Shown: positions 1 to 12,456 of the stretch, piece after piece | Layout of the letters: each line of letters starts with the position of its first letter | How positions within the stretch are numbered: position 1 is the first letter of the stretch | Source: Nemertoderma westbladi | Taxonomy: Eukaryota; Animalia; Xenacoelomorpha | Length of the DNA: 43,751 bases | Direction of reading: 5' to 3' | NCBI GenBank assembly: GCA_032718475.1 | Contig: JAUCBJ010007506.1 | Coordinates: forward strand, 1 to 43,751 | Made by a program: the position numbers and the translations under genes | Notes under the pieces: model-generated | Databases searched by the model: none | Told to the model about the DNA's origin: nothing | Seen by the model: only the letters and a program-made list of their open reading frames with translations

Positions 1-204
1 CAGGCCTAATTATTTCAGGTTCATCGACTATAGTAGGGAGTCTTTTGACCTGGATTTTTATGTCCGTTAAAACACCTGTAAAGGTACCTTGCGGGCGAGG
101 GGAATATATATACAGTTAGAAAACCTTTTTAGAGTATTCCAGCGCCTGGGGGAGAACTGGCCAGCAAAGGCAAACGTATCAGTTATCCCACAAAAGCTTT
201 TACA
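1..204 (-). mobile_element. Start of an LTR (5' or solo) related to the BEL/Pao 3' LTR at 33056; runs off the left edge
   Basis: 121-204 is nearly identical to 32973-33056. The similarity stops exactly at ...AAAAGCTTTTACA (TGT terminus on minus), and no polypurine tract is adjacent here. Confidence 0.55.
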
Positions 205-478
205 ATATGTATTATATAAACAGGCAGGATCACCAGGATCGCACACGTACAGTCAGACATCAGTAGTTACTTTTTGCGGTAGTGGTATAGCTTTGCGGTA
301 GCCTCCTTACTGCCTTAGCGGTGTATACCGCGGTAGCGTAGTTGAGTTATAGCTGTATAGTTCATTCATACCCATACTGCCATACCTGTGGTATTTTCGT
401 ATGGCAAAAATAAGACTACTGTAAACTGTAACCTATTATGTTATTGAGTTAATGTTTATTGACTAATTGTTTTGATTA

Positions 479-910
479 GGTTCACTGTGTCAAGTACAAT
501 GCACACATCTCTGCATCTCCAACCAGACACTATATAACATTGGAGTTGGAGGTGTCTCATTCAGTCATTGGTTCCCCCAAGCTTGACACTAGAACAAAGC
601 CGCCTCCGCTTTGCAGGACATCGCTTTAAGCCGTGAGGACCAGCCAGTGCATCTCATGGAGTGAATAAGCATGGTGGACAGCCCATGACTTTCTTGAGAC
701 GCATCTTTCTTACTGCTGTTCTGTCTTAAAGGACACTGGCCTTGAAGATGCGGATGATCTAGCAAATGTCATGGGTGAATAGGCTGTAAGAGTGTAAGGG
801 AGTTGTGGAGGCGCACTTTTGTCAACAAGCCGGCACAGCATTCTTAATACATAATAGGGCCTATATATATAATGCAGCTGCAATGAATCATGCCGATTGT
901 AGTAGTAGTA
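479..910 (+). mobile_element. 3' fragment of RTE-like LINE (family A)
   Basis: Aligns with 6972-7335(-) and 27274-27541(-) (RLRFAGH...EDQPVH coding remnant). Ends in (TAG)n. Confidence 0.8.
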
Positions 911-1629
911 TGTGGTGAGGTTATCAGTTATAGGGCTCCTTCAATTGGTAAAGTCAAAAGTGGCCGTTTATTGTTTTAGTTAGAAAAGCCTGCCTCCGTA
1001 ACCTGTTCCTTTCCCTCAATTGGTTTATGATTATGACGTGTGTTACTTGTTACTTCTGTACTTATTATGTGGAGACCCCAATCAGTTCAGCAGTTACTAA
1101 TCCCATTTCAATATCCTGTTATCCAGCCGTTTTATAATACCCTTCCTGTTGTATGGAAAAATTAGAAGAGATGGTGGTAGCATCAACTTGTAGTATTTCT
1201 TTCTGATAGGGCTCCCATAGCCTTAGACGAAATCGTAGCTTGTACTGTAGTTCTGTAGTTAGCCTTAGCAGCAGCTGCAGTTGGCTAACCTGGCATTGCT
1301 ACCAGTATCCACCAAATATAATTTGTAATTAAATATTTGTTGGAGCATAATCTAATCTAGTCCTAAAGACACTATAAAGTCCTGGGTACATAAGGCTGTA
1401 AGGTTAGACATAACATGAATGTAAATTGTAAACTAAACAATATGCTAAAAGTAAAGTACAAAGTAGGCCTACCTAGAATGCTAGAATGTACCATTATATT
1501 CTAAGTACAGTACAGTCATTACACTGCAGATACATACAGAGCTGCAAAGGTAACTTTCCATAACTTAACAGCTGTCTGGCTGTCTCTCATCTGTCATGCT
1601 TCATGTACCTTTAAGTTTGATTCTCAATG

Positions 1630-1915
1630 TCACGACCAAAATTGGACTTAAAGTCCAATATTGGACTTTTGTAAAAATTCAAAGCCTTATAAAAAAAGTT
1701 CCCCCTGGTGAATTTCAGGTCCCCCTGTTCAAAACTCTTATTTTTTGATATATTTTCGATTAAAGAAAAAAAATCCCGCCCGATCCAATTACCCAAGGCC
1801 CTGGAACAATTGGCTGATTTGAAGTCCAATATTGGACTCACAGAAGTCCAATTTTGGACTTGAACTGGAGTCGAAGTCCAATTTTGGACTCAAGTCCAAT
1901 TTTTGACTTCTCACC
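1630..1915. repeat. Small MITE-like element with internal AAGTCCAATATTGGACT palindromic repeats
   Basis: Several AAGTCCAA(T/A)TTGGACT units. Ends are inverted (AAAATTGGACTT / AAGTCCAATTTT). Confidence 0.5.
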
Positions 1916-2771
1916 GACTGGCATTCGTTACCTAAATTATTCGGACTGACGAACCACAGACGAAGGCTTCACGAATCTTAAATAACATTCCACGCACCTT
2001 TCAGCCTTTTGCGAATGTTGTATGTGGCACTAATGCGTTACACGCATGGGGATTTTTTACTGGGTATAATTTGTTATAAATATTAGGACTGGAATAATAA
2101 TTGTATAATCATGTACTGAAATAGTTTACTAACATTGCCGAAGTTGTCAGTATACTGTCGGTTTGTGATTTTACCTGTCGGTTTGTGTCTTTTGTTGTTG
2201 GTGGTAGTCGGTGGTATGCGAAAGGTGTCGGTGGTTGTCGGTGGCGTATTTAGTCAAACCCAAAGTTGGAACCACTACCTACTGCAGTATACAATATTAC
2301 CGGTACCGGTACATCAATTAAAGTTCAATTTGATAATGTGCTTTAAACTTATATGTAAAGATCTAAACCTGATCCTCCATTACATACAACATGTACAACA
2401 TCCTCGCAGACTATTTTAATATCCCAGCCAGACATCCAATGCAATCATGACCTGGCCATATAGGCCTATATAAAATTATGAAGCAAAGGCCCCGCCCATC
2501 TGCCCATGTCTGCATGTTGCATGTTCCATACTATACAGACAGATACCGCTAGGCCTACTCTTATTTTGACAGTTTGAAGTTATTGTCTAGGCGAGGCCTA
2601 TACTGCTATACTGCTATAAGTATAACTGTATAAACTGTAGTACAGTAGTATATCTACTGGCAGACTGGTACCTTTGTCTGTTTGTAGTCTTAGTAAATAA
2701 TATAGTATTAGTGTATTCTCATTTTATAATAACTTAATAGCTGAAGTTGAAACTGAACGTTGAGACACACC

Positions 2772-3110
2772 ATGGCAGGTGGCGTGGATGCGGAACTGAA
2801 GTACCTAGTGGTGGACCGCACGAAGTTTGGGGATGCCACAGCGCAGGCCGAATGGGGCGCAAAGAAACTGGTATGGATTCCGTCGTTGGAGCACGGGTTC
2901 GTAGCTGCCTCCATAAAGGAGACTCGTGAGGAAGACTTTGTGGTGCAGGAGGAGGGGGGTGGGCAGTCCTTGTTGATCAGTAAGGATGATGTCCAACGGA
3001 TGAACCCTCCAAAATTCTCCAAAGTAGAAGATATGGCCGAACTAACTTGCCTTAATGAAGCGTCGGTTTTACATAATATTAAAGACAGATATTACAGCGG
3101 ATTAATTTAT
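2772..3110 (+). CDS. Non-muscle myosin II heavy chain (zipper/MYH9-10-like), first coding exon (113 codons)
   Basis: [16 protein letters not shown]...W..KKLVWIP..HGF...[37 protein letters not shown] is the SH3-like N-terminus plus start of the motor domain. Acceptor TAATAG ends at 2740; phase-0 donor GTAAGT at 3111. Confidence 0.95.
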
Positions 3111-5084
3111 GTAAGTTTATTACTATTTAGCCACTCCTGTGTAGCCTATTGTAAGGGGGGGGGGGGGGGGGGGGGGGGTGGTGGTTATTGGCTTATATAG
3201 TATTAGAGAGTTCTACCAATTTATTTTTTTGGTCTTGAGTAGGCCTATTTACTGATTTACGACCTCTGATTATTGTGGTTCACAAAATTAAATCATTCAT
3301 ATTATTTTGATTAAAATTAACCGCTTATAAAGAGTACTTTTAAATAACCCTATATGTCCCAGAGTAGCCCTTGTGTTTTAATTCATGTACCTGCCCTCCA
3401 ATGCATATTCATTCACAAATTATCTTCTTCAAACACCCTTCTACAAATCTTAATGAGATCGGATGAAATTTGAAACAGAGATAGTTTCACCTCCCTTCTC
3501 CTAGCTGGGTGTGCCAGAATTTTTATTTTCGCTTTCGGGACGATTTTGGTGAATGACCGGAGAACAAACAAAAATTATATTAATGTTAAGTTTTGTTGTA
3601 TTGTATGTGTTACTATTCTTATACTGTTCTATCTTATTTTTCCTATATTCAATTTTTAGTTTTAGAAATATTTCTAAACAAGTTTAAAGAATTTAGAAAT
3701 CACTATTTTAATTTATAAATTTCACTAACATAATTAGAAAAAAAACCCTGCTTAGTTCTTCGTATAAAATTCCACAAGTGAGTTGATGGGCGTCAGTCGT
3801 GAGGCTGTCAGGTCGACATATAGAACGGGACTTCCTCGTGTATAATTTCATTCCCACCCATCAGCCTATCGAGCAGCGCTGCCCCTACATCCTACAGGTA
3901 CTGTATGAGTTGTTTCAGGACCGAGACCGTGTTTTTTCCACCACTGAAAATCCGCTTTAGATGAAATATTTTTCTAGAAAAAAACAGTTTTTTCACGTGC
4001 TACGCGAAGGGCATATCATCCTCTTATGCCGTAAAATTGTATAGTAAAGTAAAGTTAAGTGTAGGTAGGCGTACGCCGTACACCCTACAAGTAGCCTATA
4101 CAGCGGCTTAAGTCTGTAAGCAGGAGGATTGCAGTGCAGTCAGCTGGTCAGGTTACATTAGGGAATAAGACTATAATACTGTAATAGTAGTATAGGATGG
4201 AGGCCCCCAAACAGGAATGAGCCTCGCTTTCATTCGTTGGCCTGCTGTGATTTGAAAAAGGTTTCACCATCGAGATTGGACCGGTTTCACCACAGTTATT
4301 CATCAAACCGTGTAGTGGTTTGTTGATAGCAATGGGAAGCTGGCCACGCAAGAATTCAAGTAACACAATCTGAATTTCGTTGAAGTACCGGTATTGCTGA
4401 GATATGGGGCGTTCGAAAGTTATATGGCTTTGCATCTGAGCGAGCCTGTTTTATTATATTAAATATAAACACCATATTCTGGTACCTTTTGTTTATATGT
4501 ATGAATTCAGCTACCTAATAGTATTATTGGTAGGTATTGCTTGTTTGTCCATCCTTTACTAAGTAAAGGATGCCTTGATTAGGCTTGTACTATTTTATTA
4601 AATATAAAACAGCGCGCAAGCAAAACCGTGAAAGTCGACCCCCCCCCCCCCCCCCCCCCCCCCCTAGAGTGTTTCATAAAAATAAAATTTTGGAAATTTT
4701 ACGATTTCTGTGAGCCATTTGGTGGACACTGGTCCCAAAAAGAATGCTGACCAATTTTTGTTTGAAAATATTAAGTTTTAGGGGTCCCCCACCAGTAATT
4801 TTCAATTCTATCATATTCCGCGGCTGTCGCGAAAGGTACAAGGATGGAAAAATATGCTCACGCGACTTCCTGAGGTCACACGGTAATAAAATTAGGCTCA
4901 TTCGAACCGCAATCAGTGATATAGTGGGGGTAGGAACCATTAAAAAGCAGATAAAGTTGAATTTATATGATGAAAAATTACATTAAATCATTTTAGCCCT
5001 GAACAGCTGAATACGGTATGATGTAATACCGGTATCTTTAAATAGTCATACCGGTATCTTTAAATAATCATACCATGAGGCTCA

Positions 5085-5386
5085 ATTGTGAGCACGATCC
5101 TGACAGTGTTGTATTACAGAACTAGAACACTGTACAAAGAGATGTAGGCCTTGTACTACTCAGTAGTGAGTGTGAGTAGGAGTACCGGTACTGTCACTAG
5201 AAAAAACTTTCACATTCACAGTCTAAACTTTTTTGTATTGTGAGCATGAGCCTGGCAGTGTTGTATTACAGAACTAGAACACTGTACAAAGAGATGTAGG
5301 CCTTGTACTACTCAGTAGTGAGTGTGAGTAGGAGTACCGGTACTGTCACTAGAAAAAACTTTCACATTCACAGTCTAAACTTTTTT
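5085..5386. repeat. Tandem duplication, 2 x ~152 bp, inside the hAT element
   Basis: ATTGTGAGCA...AGTCTAAACTTTTT at 5085 and 5237, near-identical. Confidence 0.9.
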
Positions 5387-5431
5387 CTGTCAATCTGTCA
5401 TACCTATGTGTCTGTCTATACCGTATTTAAT

Positions 5432-6363
5432 ATGAGTAATACACGTTCTTCAAACTGCCAAATTGTCAAATTATTGGGAAATGCCATCGGACAATTACCA
5501 AGAAGTGAAGTTCTCTCTAAAAGAATAATTCTTAAACGTTTAGCATTTATACATGAAGATTCAAATCTAGGTGACTCAATAAATCATCTCTCTCAGGAAG
5601 TTCAGGCATTCACAATTACTTGAATCCTTAATCTTTCAGCACACCAATCGCAGATTCAAGTCAAAGACAGATGAGAACATATGTTTAAACACAAAAGCTA
5701 TGTTGGAAATTAAGAATCTTGACAAATTGGGTGAAATTCTCTGTCAGTATGCTATTGTTCATTTTAGAGCCCATAGGATCGCTATAACCACCACAGGATG
5801 TAACATGATTACTAACACTTTAGAGATATCAAAAATGTTGGCCAATGTTGGTGACAAATTGAAACTCACAACATCTTACTATGAGGCTATTGAGCGGCAT
5901 CTTTACAATGCTGATGCTGTTTTTCTGCCTCTGGACAAACGTTATAGAACCTTAATGCTAAATCAGCCACTTGATGATATTGATGTTGCTAATAATGGGC
6001 TTTTTGAACAACGGGTAAGGTTGGCACTTTCAAAGGAGCAGTTGTTATGTGTTGAAGTAGATCAACTTGTTGATTATCCTGGGTGGATAGATCGTGCTAT
6101 TGGATCACCATTATTCAAGCCCCCAATTTTGTGGAAAAGCTCGTGATCTCTTCGCAAATCCTGATCATGGGTTATGGGAGGCAATTGAGCTGATTGGACA
6201 GACCATTGTAGGGCATAATCAGCCTGCAGAGAGGCTAGTTGGGGAACTGAAATCTACAGACTCTTTCTCTAAGATTTTTATAAAGTATGAGGAACGGTGG
6301 ATACGAAGTCGTCATTTAGGAAATGTGTCTAAGACAGATTGTTCTAATCTTGTAAAAGACTAA
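5432..6363 (+). pseudogene. Fragmented transposase-like ORF of the hAT element
   Basis: Three consecutive ORF pieces. N-terminal TRS...LLG...LP and C-terminal HNQPAERLV resemble, from memory, hATm transposase ends (CHTQAVERxV motif). No complete catalytic core is visible. Confidence 0.5.
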
Positions 6364-6971
6364 TTTATTGTCGTAACACTTCGATGACTATGTTCTATTG
6401 TTCTACTGAATGCCTTAATATTATTGAATTTTCTTTAATTCATCTAATTATGCCTATCAGTATATGGAATAAGTGAAATTGAAGTGAATTTTAGATTCAA
6501 CACCTAGGAATGTTTCAAATTAATCAATAGGGCCTAACGTATGCCTATTTAAGTCATATTCAGGGCTGAAAATGATTTAATGTCATTTTTTATCATAAAA
6601 ATTTAACTTTATCTGTTTTTTAATAGTTTCTACACCCACTATATCACTGATTGCGGTTCGAATGAGTCTAATTTTATGACCATGTGACTTCAGGAAGTCG
6701 ACTAAGCGTATTTATCCATTCTCGTACCTTTCGCGACAGCCGCGGAATATACTGGATTTGAAAATTACTGGTGGGGGGACCCCTAAAACTTAATATTTTC
6801 AAACAAAAATTGGTCAGCATTCTTTTTGGACCAGTATCCACCAAATGGCTCACAGAAATCGTAAAATTTCCAAAATTTTATTTTTATGAAACACTCTACC
6901 CCCCCCCCCCCCCCCCCCCCCCCCGGTCTCGAAAAGTAGATCTGGTATGACCACGTCTTTACTTCTCCAGC

Positions 6972-8193
6972 TACTAGGATCGGCATGCTGCATTGCAACT
7001 GCATTTGTAAGAATGCTGTGCCGGCTTGTCGACAAAATTGCACCGCCACAACTCCCTATCACCCATGACATTTACTAGATCATCCACATCTTCAAGGCCA
7101 GTGTCCTTTAAGATGCGTCTCAAGAAAGTCATGGGCTGTCCACCATGGTTATTCACTCCATGAGGCTGCCAAAGTACAAGATTATGCACTGGCTGGTCCT
7201 CGCGGCGAAAGCAATGTCCTGCAAAGCGGAGGCGATTTTGTTCTAGTGTCAAGCTTGGGGGAACCAATGAGACACCTCCAATGTTATATAGTGTCTGGTT
7301 GGAGATGTATGCATTGTACTTGGCACAATGAACCAGGGTAGCATTCTCGTGAATGTGCCATCCAGAGATTTGGTGTCCTCAGCAGTTAGAGCCCAGCATG
7401 GACTCCCTCCCATAGAGGAGTACTGGAACTACTGCTGCTCTAAATAATCGGACCTTAAGTTTCCGATTAATTCTCGGTGACTGCCAAATCCTGGAAAGCC
7501 TATTCAAGGCTGCCCATGCCTTTCCCTTACGTATTCGAAGGTCCTCACCTCACTTCCGGATCCATGATCCCAGGTAACAGAAGTCGTCCACATGCTCAAG
7601 CATACCATCCTTTGAGCTCATGCTCATCCGATCAGAGACTTGCTGAGGACTTTCAAAGTTAACTGTCAAAATTTTGGTCTTGTCTAGAGTTAATAAAAAG
7701 ACCAACACTAGAAGCAGCCTGTTCTAATGAGCCGAGGAGCCGTTGGGCTCCCTCTAGTGATTCTGAGAGTACTCCTAAGTCATCAGCAAAGTCTAGATCA
7801 GTTAGGTACTTGGCAGGATCTCCTCGACTTCTGGAGCCAGTAGGTGGAGTTATCATCACCCCATCATCATTATGATGATCTAAGGACATGCGTTAGAACA
7901 TAGTCAACCACAATTATGAACAAGAATGGTGCAAGTGTGTCTCCCTGGAGGACGCCCCATAACACTTCAAATGGTTCTGTGTCACCGTCAACAGTAGACA
8001 CAAATGTTGTCGAACCATCGTATACTGATCTGATTGCTGCAATAATTTCATCAGGAATCCCATATAATGAAAGTATGCTGAACATACGTGAGCGAGAGAC
8101 TGAATCAAAGGCCTTGAAGAAGTCAACAAAGATAACAGCCAGATGCCTGTCTTTCTTTTTTTATAACTCTTCAATTATCCTTCTAAGTGCCAA
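6972..8193 (-). mobile_element. 5'-truncated RTE-like LINE (family A), inserted into a fragment of RTE family B (6935-8228)
   Basis: RT motifs GVLQGDTLAPFLF and DLDFADD, with frameshifts. TAG tail. 11-bp TSD ACTTCTCCAGC at 6961-6971 and 8194-8204. Flanks match 18487-18550 of family B. Confidence 0.9.
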
Positions 8194-8944
8194 ACTTCTC
8201 CAGCAGTGCCCACTGAATCATAATCTGCGTGGTTGCTTGATACTGTTGATACGATTCATATTTTTAAAGATAAGATACTTTCACTTTACTAATGTTATTT
8301 TGAGAAATTATTTACGAAACGATACGAAAAATCAAGGCTGCGATACCAATACGAAAGTATCGTAATTAATTAATTAGTCAACCTAATTTCTCGTTCGTTA
8401 GTTCTTCTTTTCTTTATTATATCATTAGTCGTTCTCATAAAATTATCGTTATAGTGATAACACTTAAGCCTAATTTTTAAAAATCTTAAAATTTAACTTA
8501 TAACATTTCATATAAAAAAAATGATTGAAAACTTAATTTCGCATTTTGTCATATCATATCATCCTGCCTCATCCACGCCAGAGTAAGGACTGCACTAAAT
8601 TGAACAAAAATTAATTTCATGATTTAGCTGATGATGTGTATTTTATACAAAATTATGAACGGCAGTGACTGGTTGATTCGATAATATGCCATCGCGCAAT
8701 GAGAACCAATTCAATTATCTTTAGATTTGTTAAAACTCTAATCTTCCGCGATAATTCTAAGTACTTTTGCAGAAGTAATATCGGTTCCTATTTGCCATTT
8801 TCTAATGTCAACAACTAGAAAAATATATTACCAAATCAAAATTTGAAAAGGCGAAATGTGAGAACCGCTGAGTGATACGCAATGTCCTGTACTGATATCC
8901 TAAAAAAATGTTAAACACCTCGTATTAAACAGACCATCCGCCAT

Positions 8945-9658
8945 TTATCCGTACAACTTGTTGACTCGGATGTACTCAATAACATTATCGGGTACTAAAT
9001 ATTTAATACTTTCTTTCCTTCGAAGGGAAGTCCGAATATGCGTGGAACTTATATCGTTGGGAATCCAATTGGGTACAACCTCTATATACCTGGAATTCTC
9101 CGACAACTTATCGCTATTGTATATAAACCTGTGGGGGTCGCTTCCTTGCCGAGAGATAACCACTAACCCGAACTGTCGAACAATCTCTAGAATGTCTTCG
9201 TCTTTCCACAGCCTCGGCACTGCGAAAGTCTCAAACAAATCTGCCCCGCACAATAACTTTACCACCGGTCCCGGTTCATCTAATTTTTGTTTTTTGTTAC
9301 AAGGAATTCCATCCACTAAAGGATCGACTTCTGTATCTATTTTCGCATCCGCGATCTGCTGATGGTGTCTAAGTACCTCTACCGTGTGACTGTATTTCTC
9401 CCTGTCCGCTTCCCAGGAGTCCAAAGTAATCCAGTCTGATGATTCGACCGCGAGTTTCCCCATCCGACACCGGTGGGCTGCCGACACCAACCCTTCCTTT
9501 TTGTATCCATCGTGTGCCGGTGATATTATCCCACGGACTACACGCACTCCGGTGTGTTTCTCCAGATAATCTCGAGCTATCTCGAACATTCGGAGGTGCA
9601 ATAGCGTTATTGGATTGAAGGAGCCGCAGGACAATAATATTACCTGTCTAACCGGCAT
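8945..9658 (-). CDS. NMNAT: Nicotinamide/nicotinate mononucleotide adenylyltransferase, single-exon, 237 aa
   Basis: GSFNPITxxH motif, ISPAHDGYKKEGL, WE, KLLCGADL, WKDEDI, ISSTHIR, SIKYLVPD. ATG at 9658 matches the family N-terminus. Basic NKKQKL in the insertion region, as in NMNAT1-type enzymes. Confidence 0.97.
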   Translation of the reverse strand: MPVRQVILLSCGSFNPITLLHLRMFEIARDYLEKHTGVRVVRGIISPAHDGYKKEGLVSAAHRCRMGKLAVESSDWITLDSWEADREKYSHTVEVLRHHQQIADAKIDTEVDPLVDGIPCNKKQKLDEPGPVVKLLCGADLFETFAVPRLWKDEDILEIVRQFGLVVISRQGSDPHRFIYNSDKLSENSRYIEVVPNWIPNDISSTHIRTSLRRKESIKYLVPDNVIEYIRVNKLYG

Positions 9659-9787
9659 ATTTATGAGATATATAACAGTAAAAAAATATGTAGGAACTAG
9701 GCTGAATGGAAATAGAAAGAGCATATAGCTGTATAGACAGATAGCCCAGTACCGGTACCCTTTTACAACGGTTCCCCGGCTTTAGAA

Positions 9788-10580
9788 TAGATCCTAGAGC
9801 ACCTTAGATCCTGAACGAACTTAGATCTTGGTTTAACTTAGATCCTCCCCATACGAATTTAGATCCTTCCCATACGAACTTAGATCCTCAAGATACGAAC
9901 TGAGATCCTACCACCAATACATTGCAACGAATTAGCTATTAATTTGCAATTTGTAAGCGAATCACTGATCCCAACTAAAGTACTTGCGTGTATGGCTTTA
10001 GCACTAGATCATTAGAAGTATTTTGTATTATGCTTAATATGCCTACAGTAATTTTAATATGCCTACAGTAATTTAATTGTCATATGAACGGGGGGTTGAT
10101 TTCTTGAAATATTATTCCAGATCGTTTGAACCGCCCATGATCAGTTTTAAAACTCAATAATATAATTATATCTTTCTCTAATTTAATAATTTGCCTATTA
10201 TTTACAAAAGGACACAAAGAATGTTACACAGAGAATATCACCTGTTCTAGGAGTGATATACGATATATCAACCTGACGGCCGAGGTTGTTATACAAAGTT
10301 TATTTGCTGAAGTTTGATTTAAAATTATTAAAGTTGTTTAGTAAGTAGTACAAAATTAAACATAGGAAAAACTGGTCTAAAGTTGCCTTGTTAAGTCTCG
10401 GCCTGTAAAAATTTGATTGCAAGTTAAATACTTTCAATGTGGGATCTAAGTTCACCTAGTTAGGATCTAAGTTCACATAGTTAGGATCGAAGTTCACCAA
10501 GTTAGGATCAAAGTTCACCTAGTTAGGATCTAAGTGCAACTAGTTAGGATCTAAGTTCACCTAGTTGGGATCTAAGTTAG
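9788..10580. repeat. Fold-back-like element with tandem-repeat arms
   Basis: GAACTTAGATCCT units at ~9790-9910 face inverted AGGATCTAAGTTC units in a 20-bp tandem array at 10440-10580. Confidence 0.6.
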
Positions 10581-11822
10581 AGATAATATTAAATATAAAT
10601 AATATAAATTTTTTTAATTATTTTTTTTAATTACGAACTTGACTAAAATTCTAGTTAGGAACGATCACACTTATTTTGTAATTTTTCTTGGGGCAATTTA
10701 TTGTTTGGTACGTAACTGTCATTTGGGGGGGGGGGGGGGGGGGGGCAATTGTCCTGACACGGTTCTACCAGTAGTATGGCAGTCTGTAAAACATTTTGGA
10801 ACATTTTGTTTATCCCACAAGTAGCGGGGAAACAATGCAATGCCTATATAATAATACTATGTAGAACTTGGATATTCCTACATAAGATTAAATATTATAG
10901 AACATGGTGTATTTATTCAATAGAATAAATAGCATGCAGCGAAAGCAAATACATGCAACATTCGAATGCCCATAACTCAAATATTTCCCAACCAAATTCA
11001 ATATTTTATACATATTTGGAATCCTTGCATGACCAGCATTCCATTGTTACAAATCTCTATAATGTTGAAGTATAACTGAGGTGTAACTGGCTCACCCACG
11101 GAGGAGGAGGAGGGAGGTGAAACTATCTATGTTTCAAATTTCATGCAATCTCATTGAGATTTGGAGAAATTTTTTTTTTGGGGTGGGGGGGGGGGGGTGT
11201 GTCCCTGAATTACGACACTATTATTCCAGGACATGGTGTATAAAGTGCAACAATAGCTTTTCCATTTCCGAGTAGTAAGCCCACCGCCACCATGGTTTGA
11301 CAACTTGTCAATAAGCAAATGCACTAGCATGGCAACTGTTGTTGTTGTTATAGAAATAAACAAATCAACAAAACTGTCCAATCAGAGTAATTTTTAATGG
11401 CAACTACGAACGGGATGATTATCACAAATCTTTTGACACTCGTCACTAAGCTACGGTAACGGTATTGTAAACAAATTCAAATGGCAAATATTTTGATAAT
11501 TAAAGGTCGCACGCGACATTCTAACTAACAGGGGGCTTGTTGTATATAAAAAATAAACAGGTAAAACCCGAGTCTTACACCCCACAAACTAACAAAAAAC
11601 ATAGAATCAGGACATTAACGGCCAAAATAGTACTCAGCCACAAGGGCCATCAAAAAACTACAAACAATACAAACAAAAAACGACATAAACAAAAAAACAA
11701 CAAACAAATATAATAAACATGCTCAACATACAGGTATGTATCGCACCCTAACCCTAAGCCTAACCGCCATACACTAAATGATACCGGTAGTAAACTGCAC
11801 AAAAGCTAAGCCTATATTCTAT

Positions 11823-11892
11823 AAGAAAATACAGTATGATATTTTGTCACCGTAACCCTTTACGGTGACAAAATATCATACTGTATTTTCTT
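11823..11892. repeat. Perfect palindrome/hairpin (33-bp arms, 4-nt loop)
   Basis: AAGAAAATACAGTATGATATTTTGTCACCGTAA-CCCT-TTACGGTGACAAAATATCATACTGTATTTTCTT. Confidence 0.95.
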
Positions 11893-12217
11893 TTCTTTAG
11901 GGCAAAAATAATGAATTTTATTCCAAAATAGTAACATTACTCAACGCCGTTAGTATTAACAGCGAGTTGTTATTTAGCATTTTACAACTTTTGAGGAAAT
12001 TAATTATCGGTGGTGGATAACTCACTAGGACTACTAGCTGTACTCTCTGTGTTCGATAATTCAGTACTAGTACTAAGCTAACTTATTTATAACATAATTT
12101 ATGTCATTTTTACATTTATTTATACAGCAACTAATAGAATTTGTGCTGTTTCTATCACTTATAATATATATGTACATGTACAATCATTTCGTAATGTTAA
12201 AATTTTGGAATAAAACT

Positions 12218-12362
12218 ACATACATACTTGTTGCAAAGTACTTTACAGTATTCTGATCCTCGTGGCTTTATTTTCACTCACTCACTAATGTTCGTTCGTG
12301 TAACAAAGCCACTCGGTTCATCACACTGTAAAGTGCTACTTTACACACAAGTATGTAAATAG
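12218..12362. repeat. Imperfect palindromic MITE-like element
   Basis: TACATACTTGT..TACTTTACAGT..GTGGCTTT / AAAGCCAC..ACTGTAAAGT..ACAAGTATGTA arms. Confidence 0.6.
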
Positions 12363-12382
12363 TAATTATCAAAAATATGTTT

Positions 12383-12456
12383 GCGTTTCGGTGTCTGAGA
12401 CCCAGTACGCGGAAATCTCCGACACCTCATCAGCTGGACAAAGGATTACCCAACGC
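12383..12456 (-). ncRNA. Hammerhead-ribozyme-like motif (possibly truncated, Penelope-type)
   Basis: Minus strand: CTGATGA (12433-12427), stem II GGTGTC.GAGA...TCTC.GACACC, then GAAA (12389-12386) and CGC. Stems I and III are only partly satisfiable. Confidence 0.5.

Larger units (their letters stand above)
4665..6898 (+). mobile_element. hAT-type (hATm-like) DNA transposon, internally decayed, with ~340-bp TIRs
   Basis: 4665-5003 and 6559-6898 are inverted repeats beginning TAGAGTGTTTCATAAAAAT. Both flanks are C-runs (insertion into poly-C). Internal transposase-like remnants are present. Confidence 0.8.

Noticed and set aside
9659-9724. Hydrophobic 22-aa N-terminal extension of NMNAT from ATG 9724
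   Set aside because: It looks like translated T-rich UTR/intron sequence and family homology starts at 9658. A targeting isoform cannot be fully excluded.
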